Source of the DNA: Bacteroidota bacterium
Lineage (GTDB): Bacteria > Bacteroidota > Bacteroidia > AKYH767-A > 2013-40CM-41-45
Reading direction: 5' to 3'
Assembly (NCBI GenBank): GCA_043783155.1
Contig: JAYVZS010000065.1
Location: forward strand, 5,480 to 69,479
DNA length: 64,000 nt
The position numbers and the translations under genes are program-made. This document shows, one piece after another, positions 1 through 10,930 of the stretch; position 1 is the first letter of the stretch; each line of letters begins with the position of its first letter. The notes under the pieces were generated by a model. That model saw only the letters and a list, made by a program, of their open reading frames with translations, had not been told where the DNA came from and ran no database searches.

Positions 1-3000
1 GGAATTGTGACAGTGTCACATTCAATACAAAATTCATAACAGCCGGTCGCAATGCAACTCAAATCTGGTAGCGGATGAATCGTAATTGTATTTGATAAAG
101 CACTGCATCCATATTGATTGATTGCTGTCACCGTATAGTCGCCGGTTCTTGCTGTGGTAATGCAATTTCCTATTTGTCCGGTGTTCCAGTTATATACAAT
201 CGGTGGACCAAGCGGTGATTGAACACAAAGCGTATGAAGCACTCCCTCGCATAATGAGCCGGCCGGTATAATGAATGGTGGTGCCGGTGTCGGATGTACG
301 ATCACATATACAGAGTCTATCGTGGTACAACCAAATGCATTCGTAACTGCAACGGTATAATATCCGGAATCGGATAACTGCATATTCGCTTTTATAAATG
401 GATTGGAATTTCCGGCAGCGAAAGGACCTGTCCATACATAACTCGCTCCTCCGACAGGAATCGTTTTCAACTTCATTACATCTCCTACACAAAGCACTGT
501 ATCACCCGCGATTAACGCAGGCGGTGATGGATTGACCGTTATTGTAACAGGAGTAATTGCAGGATATGCGCAGCCGGAAATTGTTTGCACAATCACGGCA
601 TACGTTCCGCTTACTTTCACAAACAAACTATCATTTGCATTTTGAGGAGGAGTGAGTGCTGGCCCCGGTGTCTTCGACCAGAGGTATGTTGCTCCTGGCG
701 GAGAAACGGTGAGTGTTACGGAATCACCATCACAGAATGTCAAAGGAAACCCAACGATCGTTGCGGCGGCCGGAACAGGATCAACAGTAATCGTATATGT
801 TGCCGTCGCAAAGCAGCCATTCAACCCCTGCACAGTTACCTGGTACGTAAACGTTCCTGGAAAACCTTGTCCGGCAGGGGCTGTAAGGTTTGGAGAATTT
901 CCACCGACAGGTGTTGATGGTAACAACACCCATGAAAAATTAATTCCCGCTGCTGATGTTTTAATGTCAAGATTTTCTCCCTGGCAATATTGTGTTTGTC
1001 CGCTGACGGTTGCATTAGGTGATTTGTTAACCGTTACCTGAACGGGTCCTGCTGTATATGGACAGCTACCAACAGGAGTTGATGTGACGGAATAAAATCC
1101 GCTTGTTTTCACGTACACAGGATTCGTTGGAAACGGCGGCGGTGTAATCACATTCCAAGTGAATGGCCCCGGACCTGATGCCTGCAGTTTAACCGAATCA
1201 CATGAGTTGGTAACGGTAATCGTTCCTGTTCCTGCGGGACTCACTATAATAGATTTTGTGTTCGTGTTTGTACATCCGTACTTATCCGTCACCGTTAAAA
1301 ACGGAAAGAATGGTCCTGAATTAATATACACAAGACTGCATGGTGAGAGAGTGGATGTTGCCGCGTTATTATTGTTGAACAAGCGGGATACTTCATCAAC
1401 TACATTGGTGGAAGTATCAATGAATATAGAAGGGGAGCCTACACAAACCGGTGTTGATATACTGAAGTTAGCGATTATAGGAGCAGGCACTATAATAACT
1501 TTCGTGAGTGTACATGTTGATAATGTAACAGGATCGTTTATGTATAAAGCAATCGTGTGTGTACCGGGTGTTAAAAGCTGTGCTGGTGGAAACGCAACAT
1601 TCGAAAGTACGGTGACTGTTGTAAGATCCTTCCATTGCCAGGTATAACTTGCTGCATTACCTAAGTACAGAGATGTGTTCGTTAAAATAGTTTGCATTTG
1701 ATTTGTACCGGTACACTGGAATGAATAATCAAACTTAGCATCAAATGGTATGGTGTCGAGATGAGAGTTAGTTGTTATTTTAGTACAAGGAAGTCCATTG
1801 TTATCAAAACCATGAGCTGTTCCCTGGACTTGCACGAGATACACCCCCGGATAAATATATGTATGAGTGACAGGGTTGGTATTTCCTGCCGTACCACCAT
1901 CTCCGAAATTCCAACCGGTTAATGTATCAGTTCCTGTCTTTGTAAAAGTTTGAGTCAGGCATGTTGCAGGTGTGTGAGTGAAATCAATTTTAGGAACAAC
2001 AAAGCAACCCAATGTGTCAGGTGGCGGACAATGACTTGTATCCACAAGAATAGCATTTGAAATTTGTGAACAGCTAAATCCATTTGTAACGGTCACAAAA
2101 AATAAAGTAGAAGCATTGATTGTTCGCGTAATCGAAGGAGTACCGGAGACAGGAGGTGGTGACCATGCATAGGAATTTCCACCGATGTTTACTGCCGACA
2201 GCGTAACTGTTGCAGGGAATGAACAAACCTGGAAAGGCCCGGTAATCACCGCAAGCGGTAACGGGTGTATGGTGATGCTGGTGTTCGCTGTTCCTGCACA
2301 TCCAAAAGTATTTATGACACTTAATGTAACCGGATATGTATTCGGCAGAGCATACGTAACGGTTGGTGACTGAACTGTAGTAGATGACGGAACACCTCCT
2401 GAAAAATTCCAGCTATAATTTGCAGCTACACCCGTGCTGAATGTTACCGTTGCTCCCTGGCAGGCAGATGAGGGTCCTGTAATACCCGGAGTTGGAAATG
2501 CATGAACCGTCACTATATATTTAACCGTCGTATCTAAACAGGTGGATTGAATGTGCAGTTTAATTGTATCGACTCCCGGTATGCTCCACAAAACATTTAT
2601 CGCAGTGTTGTTGCTGGATGTTATACCTCCTAATGCCGGTGCCGACAACGACCATGTATAACTTGCACCAACAAAAAGTGGTTGGCTGAACGTATGTGTG
2701 GTAGGACTGTTCACGCAGACACTCGAAGGCCCTGTAATGACAGGCACAACAGGAATATCATTCACATGAATACTTGTTTTCGCTGTATCAGAACAACCGT
2801 TTGTATTGGTAACATATAGTTGAACTGTAAAGTCACCCGCAGTTGTGTATATATACGGAGCGGTTTGAGTTCCCGCAATTCCGCCATCTCCAAAACTCCA
2901 GTTCCATAAAGGACCCGGACTCGATGTATTAAAAATAACCAGTGTATTCTTACAAGGATTCAATGGCGAATATGTGATGTTCGGCACCGGTGGCAGAGGA

Positions 3001-5066
3001 AGAAGATTCACCGGTAACAAAACAGAATCTTCGTAGCATCGTGTTATTTTTAATTTCACTTTAGGAGGTGTGGCTGCATTGATCCAGTGTATCGTAATTG
3101 TATTCGTTCCGTTTGCCGTAATAATATTTCCAGCTGTTGCCGGAACCACCGACCATATATACGAGGCATTACTTAGCAAAAGCGGAGGAATGGAATACGT
3201 TACATTGCTCTTGATGCAAACGTTGATAGCGCTTGGCGTAATAACAGGCAACGGAAAATTCGGCCATGTCTTTACCGTGAATACAGCGGATACGAGAGAA
3301 ACACATCCGGGAGAAGTGGAGAGCGTTTGAAGGACGGAAACTGTTCCTCCGCCTAAATTCCATTTGATGAATACTGCGCTGCCGTTCGTTGGACCGATGA
3401 TAGTTCCTCCGCTTACAAACCATGTATATGTTACACCGCCCATGTTGGGAGCAGTGGAATATAATACCGTGTCGTTCTTACAAACGGTATCTGGTCCTGT
3501 TATGTTGTTCGGTGTTTTCATGTCAACCACCTCAACAAGCTTGACTGCTGAATCAGTGCAATAGATATTTGGAGGAGCGTAAGCGGTAACTGTGTAAGTT
3601 CCTGGTCCTGCATTCCAGAAGAATCCTGTGTTGAAAGCGGTGGAGTTTAGAAACGTAAATGTGGAAGGAACAGGTGTTACTACTTTCCAGGTTACTCCGG
3701 GAACAATGGTGTTGTTCGTTAAGTTCATTCCGTTGAACGGAGCACTCAATGCATTCGGACAAACTTTTGAAGGGCCTGAAATTCCAAACAACGGTCTCAC
3801 ATGAATTGTTATTGTTCCTGTACCTCCGCAACCATGATCGCTTGTGCAGCCATTCGGAAGATTACATCCTGATCCGGTCAATACATTTTGATAATTCACA
3901 ACCAACGTAACAACACCGAAGAAAGTCGGTTTCCATTTAATGCAAACTTGGCATGTGCCAAGACCTGTAATCGTATCATACGCATTCGCAGGTAACAATT
4001 CCCAGTTGTGATTATTTCCAGGTATGCATTCAATCGAATAACAAGTCATGCCTCCGGAACAAACAATCGTATCTCCTCTAATCGGCAATGTTGCAGGAAC
4101 AATGTGAACATTTACCGTAGTTCCCAACGGGCAAGTAAGAGGAGGAGTACAACCGGTCACAGTTAATGTGATGGTGCCCATCGGACCGGCTCCCCAGATA
4201 ATAGTTGCCGAATCACTTGTTGCCGTTGGTAGTGTTAAAAAAGTTCCGCCTGTTACACTCCAGGAATAGCCGGTACAACTTGCATGTGTGCGATACGTAA
4301 CGGTATCGCCAGGGCATACAACGGAAATGCAATATATATCAGGGCCGGAAGATGAATCAACTATTACCTGGAAAGCGGTATCATGGGCGACTCCGCAGGC
4401 ATCATATATAGTGAGCGTATCGTAATACGTTCCGGGAGGATAATGTGAAGCCGGTTCAGTGTGTACGGCATTACTGGAATAATAACCGTTACCGAAATTC
4501 CAGAGTCGCCCTGTTGTTCCGATTGAGCTGTCTGTAAATGTTATTGACTGACCGTTACAGATATTGATGACACCACCGATAATAGGAGGGAAAGTGCTGA
4601 ACTTAATGGTATAGGCGGAAGGAGGAGTACGGATAATATTTTCGGTACAGGAATCAAGTTGACCATTGAATATAACATACCATGTAACAACGGTTATACC
4701 TACAGGAAAAACTCCCGGAGAATTATTCCACATCGAATCAAACGGGCATGGTATAAATCCTCCAGCCGGACCCCGATCACCATACGTTGGCACAGGCGGA
4801 TGCACGGCTGAATCGGGCACACTATAACACACAGTCGTATCGCGGCAGGTGAACTTACAATGTTGAATCGATCCTTGCCCCAACGAGAAAGAGGCATTCA
4901 TCAAAATAAAAAAGAGAACCCCAATGCTTTGATAAAACTGCTTCTTTCTTCCTGGTAAAGATGAATGCAATGTTGCAAGCAGGCCGGTGGAAGATTTTTC
5001 AATACAACACTCGGTTGATTTTCTCTGAGCAGATTGGTTTCGGGTGTTATCGAGTAAAGTAATCAT
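1..5066 (-). CDS. Giant secreted PKD/Ig-like repeat surface protein (partial; 3' end lies beyond the window start)
   Basis: Manual translation from ATG at 5066 (MITLLDNTRNQ...) read open to the window edge. It has a hydrophobic signal-like stretch (IGVLFFILMNASFSLGQ), PKD motifs (WNFGNG, WSFGDGG, WNFGDGG) and many Thr/Gly/Pro/Cys-rich Ig-like repeats (ITGPxxVC, YxWxxxG, VTNxxGC). Absent from the ORF track because no stop codon falls in the window. Confidence 0.9.
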   Translation of the reverse strand, partial: MITLLDNTRNQSAQRKSTECCIEKSSTGLLATLHSSLPGRKKQFYQSIGVLFFILMNASFSLGQGSIQHCKFTCRDTTVCYSVPDSAVHPPVPTYGDRGPAGGFIPCPFDSMWNNSPGVFPVGITVVTWYVIFNGQLDSCTENIIRTPPSAYTIKFSTFPPIIGGVINICNGQSITFTDSSIGTTGRLWNFGNGYYSSNAVHTEPASHYPPGTYYDTLTIYDACGVAHDTAFQVIVDSSSGPDIYCISVVCPGDTVTYRTHASCTGYSWSVTGGTFLTLPTATSDSATIIWGAGPMGTITLTVTGCTPPLTCPLGTTVNVHIVPATLPIRGDTIVCSGGMTCYSIECIPGNNHNWELLPANAYDTITGLGTCQVCIKWKPTFFGVVTLVVNYQNVLTGSGCNLPNGCTSDHGCGGTGTITIHVRPLFGISGPSKVCPNALSAPFNGMNLTNNTIVPGVTWKVVTPVPSTFTFLNSTAFNTGFFWNAGPGTYTVTAYAPPNIYCTDSAVKLVEVVDMKTPNNITGPDTVCKNDTVLYSTAPNMGGVTYTWFVSGGTIIGPTNGSAVFIKWNLGGGTVSVLQTLSTSPGCVSLVSAVFTVKTWPNFPLPVITPSAINVCIKSNVTYSIPPLLLSNASYIWSVVPATAGNIITANGTNTITIHWINAATPPKVKLKITRCYEDSVLLPVNLLPLPPVPNITYSPLNPCKNTLVIFNTSSPGPLWNWSFGDGGIAGTQTAPYIYTTAGDFTVQLYVTNTNGCSDTAKTSIHVNDIPVVPVITGPSSVCVNSPTTHTFSQPLFVGASYTWSLSAPALGGITSSNNTAINVLWSIPGVDTIKLHIQSTCLDTTVKYIVTVHAFPTPGITGPSSACQGATVTFSTGVAANYSWNFSGGVPSSTTVQSPTVTYALPNTYPVTLSVINTFGCAGTANTSITIHPLPLAVITGPFQVCSFPATVTLSAVNIGGNSYAWSPPPVSGTPSITRTINASTLFFVTVTNGFSCSQISNAILVDTSHCPPPDTLGCFVVPKIDFTHTPATCLTQTFTKTGTDTLTGWNFGDGGTAGNTNPVTHTYIYPGVYLVQVQGTAHGFDNNGLPCTKITTNSHLDTIPFDAKFDYSFQCTGTNQMQTILTNTSLYLGNAASYTWQWKDLTTVTVLSNVAFPPAQLLTPGTHTIALYINDPVTLSTCTLTKVIIVPAPIIANFSISTPVCVGSPSIFIDTSTNVVDEVSRLFNNNNAATSTLSPCSLVYINSGPFFPFLTVTDKYGCTNTNTKSIIVSPAGTGTITVTNSCDSVKLQASGPGPFTWNVITPPPFPTNPVYVKTSGFYSVTSTPVGSCPYTAGPVQVTVNKSPNATVSGQTQYCQGENLDIKTSAAGINFSWVLLPSTPVGGNSPNLTAPAGQGFPGTFTYQVTVQGLNGCFATATYTITVDPVPAAATIVGFPLTFCDGDSVTLTVSPPGATYLWSKTPGPALTPPQNANDSLFVKVSGTYAVIVQTISGCAYPAITPVTITVNPSPPALIAGDTVLCVGDVMKLKTIPVGGASYVWTGPFAAGNSNPFIKANMQLSDSGYYTVAVTNAFGCTTIDSVYVIVHPTPAPPFIIPAGSLCEGVLHTLCVQSPLGPPIVYNWNTGQIGNCITTARTGDYTVTAINQYGCSALSNTITIHPLPDLSCIATGCYEFCIECDTVTI

Positions 5067-5464
5067 GGTGATTGTATTTTGTGTTGGTGTCTTTTCGGGT
5101 GTCGATTGAATCGTATTTATTTCAGAATTTCAGATCAGGAAAAAATCAGGAGATCAAACCGGGCTTACTCACAAAAAACTGTCGATGATGAAAATGAAAG
5201 TTCTCAGGAAGCAACGGATGTTTCATGTCTCTCTTCTTTAAGCATTCTGATTTCTTACGGCAGGGCAAAAACTTGTTGATCCTCCGAAGTTGCAATACAT
5301 AACAATAGGAAATCAGAAATTCATGACAAGTGGTCGGTTTGGACAACTGGTGGTATGAATTACTTAATAAATGGTAAGTACTGTCCGTTATAAGTTGACC
5401 AATTGCCAATGATCAATTTTCAGAAAAGGGTAATTTGCAATTAAACCATCAACACTCTTTTATG

Positions 5465-5639
5465 GTAGTGACTCTGTTTGAGTCGAAAAATATTTCACCC
5501 AGAGAAATCGTTGAGGCGCAGGGTACGCAGAGAATGTTGTTTGGAAGCGTTCTCCGCGATTTCTCTGCGCCTCTGCGTGAAACAAAATAATAGTTCGGAT
5601 TGAAATATTTTATTGAAAATCGAAACTAAGCCACACTAC
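5465..5639. repeat. GTAGTG...CACTAC-bounded REP/MITE-like element A
   Basis: Left end GTAGTGACTCTGTTTGAGTC (GTAG followed by a GACTC/GAGTC stem); right end TCGAAACTAAGCCACACTAC. Interior has the imperfect inverted pair GGCGCAGGGTACGCAGAGAA / TTCTCTGCGCCTCTGCGTGA. Left end matches the reverse complement of 22841-22881. Confidence 0.7.
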
Positions 5640-5685
5640 TTCTCTTATAAATCAAAAATTTATTGAACATTGTAAATTAATATTT

Positions 5686-6426
5686 TCATTTATGCCTGCT
5701 CATCAATTCAAAAAATTCTTCTTTTTTTCTGCGTGATATTTCTGCAACGGAGCCATCGTCCATCTGAACAAAATATCCGTCGACCCTGTTAAATTGTTTA
5801 ACATGATTCAGGTTGATCAAGTGAGAATTGTGTGAGCGGAAGAAATTAAATTCAAGGAGAAGAGATTCATATTCCTTGATATTTTTCGTTGCCGTAAATT
5901 TATGACCGCTCGAAAAAATATGTGTATAATTTCCATCCGCCTCAAGCCGTATGATTTCGTCCGGAGCCAGAAAAGCGATTCCGTCTTTTATAGGTATTGC
6001 CAGCTTATGAATAGTGCCGGGTTCTAGGTTGTATAGCAACTTATCGTTGTGATTCCGATGATTAAAATGAATTTCGTCTTCAGCTTTTTTAACAGCTGCT
6101 ATCAGGTCATCTACATCGATCGGCTTGAGCAGGTAATCAATCGCGGAAAATTTGATCGCCTTCAATGCATAATGTGCATGAGCCGTAACAAAAATTACTT
6201 TGAAATTAAATTCATTCAGTTGCCTCAGGAGGTCGAACCCGTTTCCATTGGGCATTTCAACATCAAGAAAAACCAGGTTGGGATGATGTTGTTTAAAAAG
6301 ACCAACCGCTTCCTCCGCCGATCCCGCCTCACCGACTACATTTACATGAGGGCAGTTTTCTTTTAATAATTTCCGCAGCGAGTCCCTGTTCTTTTTTTCG
6401 TCGTCAACAATCAGGGCGGTTATCAT
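5686..6426 (-). CDS. LytTR family response regulator
   Basis: Receiver domain (IVDDE, LVFLDVEMP, FVTAH, DYLLKP) plus LytTR domain (LEADGNYT, FFRSHNSHLINLNHV, ISRRKK). Confidence 0.95.
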   Translation of the reverse strand: MITALIVDDEKKNRDSLRKLLKENCPHVNVVGEAGSAEEAVGLFKQHHPNLVFLDVEMPNGNGFDLLRQLNEFNFKVIFVTAHAHYALKAIKFSAIDYLLKPIDVDDLIAAVKKAEDEIHFNHRNHNDKLLYNLEPGTIHKLAIPIKDGIAFLAPDEIIRLEADGNYTHIFSSGHKFTATKNIKEYESLLLEFNFFRSHNSHLINLNHVKQFNRVDGYFVQMDDGSVAEISRRKKEEFFELMSRHK

Positions 6427-6697
6427 AAGTTCGGGCTGCGGTTATTTATCTTTTCAAATATAACCAAAAAAAATTACCACGAGGAAAAGTATGGAGGTCA
6501 TTCTGGAAAAATCTTGCTCGTTAAACGTTGATCTCTTGCAAATAGCCTCACAGCCAACAGGAAAATGCAAACTCTAAATAAACAGGATGCTTCCAGCATG
6601 ACCTTGAGTGGTGAAGAAGCGGAGGGCATCAAACAATACGAAATGATTGTCCTTTCCGTCGTTCGCGCCTTTGCGAGAAAATTGTTTCATGCATAGA

Positions 6698-9610
6698 TCA
6701 AACCCGTATCTCCACCCGCGTTCCAATTCCTTTTCCACTGTCGTCCGTTAAATCAATAACCGTTGCTACGATGTTTTTGTTATACGCTTTGTTGTAAGCA
6801 GTGATCCTGTCGAGTGTAATCGCAGTGCCATGCGAAGTATGTTTCCCGATATGCTCTTTGTTCCATTTTGATGAATCATTTCTCCCTACGCCATTGTCTT
6901 CAACAGCGATTAAAATAGAACCGTTTATCTTTTTGATCTCAATCACAATTCTTCCTGCCCCATTCATTCGGCTGATGCCATGCTTAATGGCATTCTCTAC
7001 AAATGGCTGCAACAACAAGGACGGCAACATGGTTTCGTCCATGTCAATTCCTTCATCACATCGAATGATAAATTCAAATCCGTTTTCAACGCCCTGTCTT
7101 TCCAGTTCAGCATAAATTTTCAAGGCACTCAACTCTTCTTCCAAAGAAATTTCCTGTACCTCGGAATTATCAAGCGTGTTGCGCATGTGTTTGGCAAAAG
7201 AAGTAAGATATTTTTCCGCGGATGCCGTATCGTTGTTTTGCATGTAATGACGGATCGAACTCATCATGTTAAAAATAAAATGCGGATTCATCTGCGCGCG
7301 CAAAGCAGTAAGGTGAAGGGACGCCTGGTTGCGCTCTGTCGCAAATTTTTCGCGCAGCTTCCGTACCTGATTTTTATACACAATATATACGATGGCAACA
7401 ATCAGAATAAAAATCAATGTCCTGAACCACCATGTTTGCCACCAGGCCGGACGAATAAAAAATGCAAGCACAGACGGTTGGCTCATCACACCTGAATTAT
7501 TGATCGCTGAAACACCGAATGTATAATGACCGGGAACAAGCGATAAAAATTCCACGTCCCGGTTAGACGTAAATTCAGAGAGTGTATCGGTACCATCCGT
7601 CAGCAGGTAATGATAAGAAACTTTTTCACTGCTGCGAAAGGATATCCCGTTGAAACCGATCCGGATATTATTTTGGTTGTGCAACAACTCCAGTTTACCT
7701 GCAACTGTTGTGTCTGCATTATTTACGCGGAGCGAAGTAACAAGTACTAAAGGCGCCGTATGATTGACGAAGTCGGCATGTTTGTTAAAAAATGAAATTC
7801 CCGTTTTGGTCGCCACGTAAATCGTATCATGCAATTCGATGATGTCGTTGATTTCATCACTCAGCAAACCATCGCTTGCATGAATGGTTGAAATGCTATA
7901 ATCGAATTTTTTAAAATCGTTGAAGTGAATATGACTGATGCCTTTATTCGTGGAGCACCACACATCATTGCCGTGAACAAATAATTTGGAGACGAGATCG
8001 CTACTGAGTCCTTTGTTTTCATCAATCGCCGTTATCTTTCCATCAACAAGAAACAAAATGCCTCTGCCTTTGGTTGAAAAACAGATGCTGTGTTGAAACC
8101 ATTTGATGTCATCCACTCGAATGTTCAGTTCTTTGTGAAACGCACTCAACTGATCTTTGTGTTCGTTGTAAACCAACACGCCGCTGTTACAACCCAAAAG
8201 CAATTCATGGTTTTCAGTTTCTTCAATACAGTTGATTCGCTGCCAGGCAATTTTAATTTCAGTAAGGGAATCATCTCCTGTTTTAAAAATAAAACTGGAG
8301 CCGCAGCAGTACAAATCTCCATTGGAACGTTTTAAAAAATTCGTCTGAAGTCCGCGCTGCCACTGGTTGTGGAAAAAATGAAAACTTCCTGCTGAAAAAT
8401 ATCCTGATAAACTCTGGCTTACATAAATCCGTTCACGAAGGGTGTCAGCATATAAGCTGTTGATAGAAAATAAATATTCTTTTTCGCCCGCGGGAAGGTA
8501 AATCAATTTTCCTTTTCCTTCTTTCAGCTCAACCAGTGCGCCACCGCGGTAGGCAGCATAAATATTCTTGCTGTTGCCGGCGCCAAGGCAAAGTGGTTTC
8601 TGAAGATATTCTTCGTTGAAGACGATACCATGAACAACATCACCAGGCAGGTAATAAATTCCGTCTTCAAGCGTAGTAAACCAATAACCGCCTTCGTTGT
8701 CGCATGTAATTCCGGTGATACTTTTTTTCTCCAGGTAATGCTGTGAGGGGGATGTAAAATTTGCATTGTCGTAGCAGTACACACCGTTTGATGTTCCCAC
8801 CCAAAGACGACTGGTAGTTTTTTCTTTCATGAGAAATGAAACTTCAAACGGTACATTAGCAAGAAATTTAATTGATTTCTCTTTTACTTCGTACAATGAT
8901 TTTGCGAGCGCATAAATCATTTTGTTATTGCCCCAACGAATAGCATTAAACTTTCCTGTCGACACGATAGGGAAGAAAATAGTGTCTGTATTTTCTCCGT
9001 GGCGGTGGATGATCTTTACCGGGTGTCCCTTTTTATCATTGTAATTATAGCTCGATGAAATTAGCATGGGACCTGAGTCGAAATCATGAATGAAATATTG
9101 CTGAGGAAAAAAATCTGCTTCGGGAAATCTCCAGCTGGGTATTCCGTGGCCGTCAATTTTTAATTCGCCTTTTCCCTGGAAGGTAACAAACACGTCTTCG
9201 TTGTGATCCACAAAAATTCCCAACGGAAGAATGTTCTCGTTCGCATTGTTCAACAGGCTGTTGTATTGATACGAATGTATTTTGTTGTTTTCTAAAATAA
9301 AAATTTTGCCGGAGAATGAGAGCATCCAGATCTGTCCTTTGTCATCTTCGAACAATTTGAAAACGGTATTGTCTGGCAGTCCGTCTTTCGTGGTGAAGGT
9401 TCGGAACTCGTATCCGTTATAACGTGTTACGCCGCGATCGGTGGCAAACCACATCGACCCTTTTGAATCCTGCATAGCGAAATAAACTTCGCTGCTGGGC
9501 AAACCGTCTTCTGTTGTGAAATGCCGGAAGATCGGTGAATTTGTTTGCGCTTGTAAACTAAGGGAGTCGCTTAAGTTGATGAAAAGAAAAAAAACAAAAG
9601 CACGCAACAT
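6698..9610 (-). CDS. LytS-type sensor histidine kinase with periplasmic beta-propeller (Reg_prop) and Y_Y_Y domains
   Basis: N-terminal signal, repeats such as DGLPSSEV / QDSKGSMWFAT / DGLPDNTV, Y_Y_Y-like LVPGHYTFGVSA, TM segment PAWWQTWWF, and His_kinase motifs LRAQMNPHFIFN, LLQPFVENAIKHG, VEDNGVG. Start placed at ATG 9610; the ORF track extends it to 9727. Confidence 0.92.
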   Translation of the reverse strand: MLRAFVFFLFINLSDSLSLQAQTNSPIFRHFTTEDGLPSSEVYFAMQDSKGSMWFATDRGVTRYNGYEFRTFTTKDGLPDNTVFKLFEDDKGQIWMLSFSGKIFILENNKIHSYQYNSLLNNANENILPLGIFVDHNEDVFVTFQGKGELKIDGHGIPSWRFPEADFFPQQYFIHDFDSGPMLISSSYNYNDKKGHPVKIIHRHGENTDTIFFPIVSTGKFNAIRWGNNKMIYALAKSLYEVKEKSIKFLANVPFEVSFLMKEKTTSRLWVGTSNGVYCYDNANFTSPSQHYLEKKSITGITCDNEGGYWFTTLEDGIYYLPGDVVHGIVFNEEYLQKPLCLGAGNSKNIYAAYRGGALVELKEGKGKLIYLPAGEKEYLFSINSLYADTLRERIYVSQSLSGYFSAGSFHFFHNQWQRGLQTNFLKRSNGDLYCCGSSFIFKTGDDSLTEIKIAWQRINCIEETENHELLLGCNSGVLVYNEHKDQLSAFHKELNIRVDDIKWFQHSICFSTKGRGILFLVDGKITAIDENKGLSSDLVSKLFVHGNDVWCSTNKGISHIHFNDFKKFDYSISTIHASDGLLSDEINDIIELHDTIYVATKTGISFFNKHADFVNHTAPLVLVTSLRVNNADTTVAGKLELLHNQNNIRIGFNGISFRSSEKVSYHYLLTDGTDTLSEFTSNRDVEFLSLVPGHYTFGVSAINNSGVMSQPSVLAFFIRPAWWQTWWFRTLIFILIVAIVYIVYKNQVRKLREKFATERNQASLHLTALRAQMNPHFIFNMMSSIRHYMQNNDTASAEKYLTSFAKHMRNTLDNSEVQEISLEEELSALKIYAELERQGVENGFEFIIRCDEGIDMDETMLPSLLLQPFVENAIKHGISRMNGAGRIVIEIKKINGSILIAVEDNGVGRNDSSKWNKEHIGKHTSHGTAITLDRITAYNKAYNKNIVATVIDLTDDSGKGIGTRVEIRV

Positions 9611-9849
9611 CAACCACCGGTTTTTCGCATGGATATTCGCTAAATAGTGTACCCTATCAGACCTCTTCACTATATTTCTTTTCGGAATTCTCAAATATAG
9701 TAAAAACGGGAAATTAATTTGTACCAAAGTATGATTGCGGGAGTGAGAAATATGGGGTAGTTTCGTGTACTAGATCGTTAACGGCAATTTTAACACTACT
9801 AACAAACGAAACTGCAAGTTCAAAGACATTAACCTCAAAAAAAAGTATT

Positions 9850-10128
9850 ATGCACCAAGAAACATTTTTCCACACCTTACCTAAAGGAATAAAATGTAGA
9901 TTCACAATCAGAGATAGAATGATTGGTGATGAGTTATTCTATTATGCAAATTTAATTAACACTGACTTAGAGGAATACTCAAAGTTATATGACTCGGAAA
10001 AAGAATATTCTTTGGGACTATAAATAACAGATGGCAATCAACATTCAATAAATTATCGTGATGCCGTGCGACTGAAAAATGACATTCTTACCAAATATGG
10101 TAACGAATGGTTGCAAACCGAAAAATAA
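9850..10128 (+). pseudogene. Small AT-rich ORF interrupted by an in-frame TAA
   Basis: ATG at 9850, in-frame TAA at 10021-10023, then 34 more sense codons in the same frame (ITDGNQHSINYRDAVRLKNDILTKYGNEWLQTEK) to TAA at 10128. Confidence 0.4.
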
Positions 10129-10147
10129 ACCCAATAAAATAAAGGAA

Positions 10148-10897
10148 ATGTTTTGTATTGAATGTGGAGTGCAAATTACTGCTAATCTAAAGTTTTGCCC
10201 TCATTGTGGAAAAAAGCAAAGCGAAGATGAAGCAGCGTTAAAAGAAAAACTTGCGGATGTTATTGTTGATAAAGAAATTACAAGGCAAATTGTAATAGCC
10301 CACAGACAATCTTTAGATTATGCCTTCCTTAAAAAGGCAATGGGCTGGTATCTTGCTTGGGTTCTTTTACATTTTGGATTAATGCTTATTGGCTCTCATG
10401 GAATATTCGATGGCAGCAATATGGGTGCAGATAATTTCTGGCCTTTTAATTACGACTCAAGAATACGAAAATACGACATAACTGAATTTCTCGTTTACAC
10501 AATTTTTCCTCTTGCAATTTTGATTATTATTAGCATGATAAGAACGCAAAAGGAAGAAAATAAATCAGAGCCCGAATCAGTAGATACAAAAGATGTTTCC
10601 GCTACTCAAATAGAAATTGGTGAACTTTCAAAAAGAACGTTAAGTAAACTTCCTAAACCGCACTTGACAATTGAAGTTGTAATTGCATCTCAAACAGAAA
10701 TCTTAATAGAATATTTACATGAGTACCCTCAATCAATTTGGTTGAATAATTATCCTGGCATTGCTCCACTTTACATTTTCCAAGAGTTAAATAAAAGAAA
10801 CATTTCACTTGATGATAAAGCATTGCAGAATTTGGAAAATTTTGCGAAGCAGCAAAACTTTAATTCATTTAAAGCATTGCTGGACCATTATAACTAA
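10148..10897 (+). CDS. Zinc-ribbon domain membrane protein
   Basis: N-terminal CxxC...CPxCG (MFCIECG...FCPHCGKK) followed by two hydrophobic helices. ATG at 10148 is preferred over the ORF-track start at 10079. Confidence 0.8.
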   Translation: MFCIECGVQITANLKFCPHCGKKQSEDEAALKEKLADVIVDKEITRQIVIAHRQSLDYAFLKKAMGWYLAWVLLHFGLMLIGSHGIFDGSNMGADNFWPFNYDSRIRKYDITEFLVYTIFPLAILIIISMIRTQKEENKSEPESVDTKDVSATQIEIGELSKRTLSKLPKPHLTIEVVIASQTEILIEYLHEYPQSIWLNNYPGIAPLYIFQELNKRNISLDDKALQNLENFAKQQNFNSFKALLDHYN

Positions 10898-10930
10898 ACT
10901 CAAACGGCACGAATTCTAATGAACAACAAA

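Noticed and set aside
190-4897. Many short ORFs in the track (e.g. 652..1041, 1159..1647, 3070..3330)
   Set aside because: They overlap the long minus-strand PKD-protein frame, mostly antisense, and show no independent protein motifs.
5326-5375. Three imperfect 9-mers (ACAAGTGGT, ACAACTGGT, ATAAATGGT) as a LytTR box upstream of the PKD gene
   Set aside because: Periods are 17 and 24 bp rather than the ~21 bp expected for LytTR direct repeats; too weak to call.
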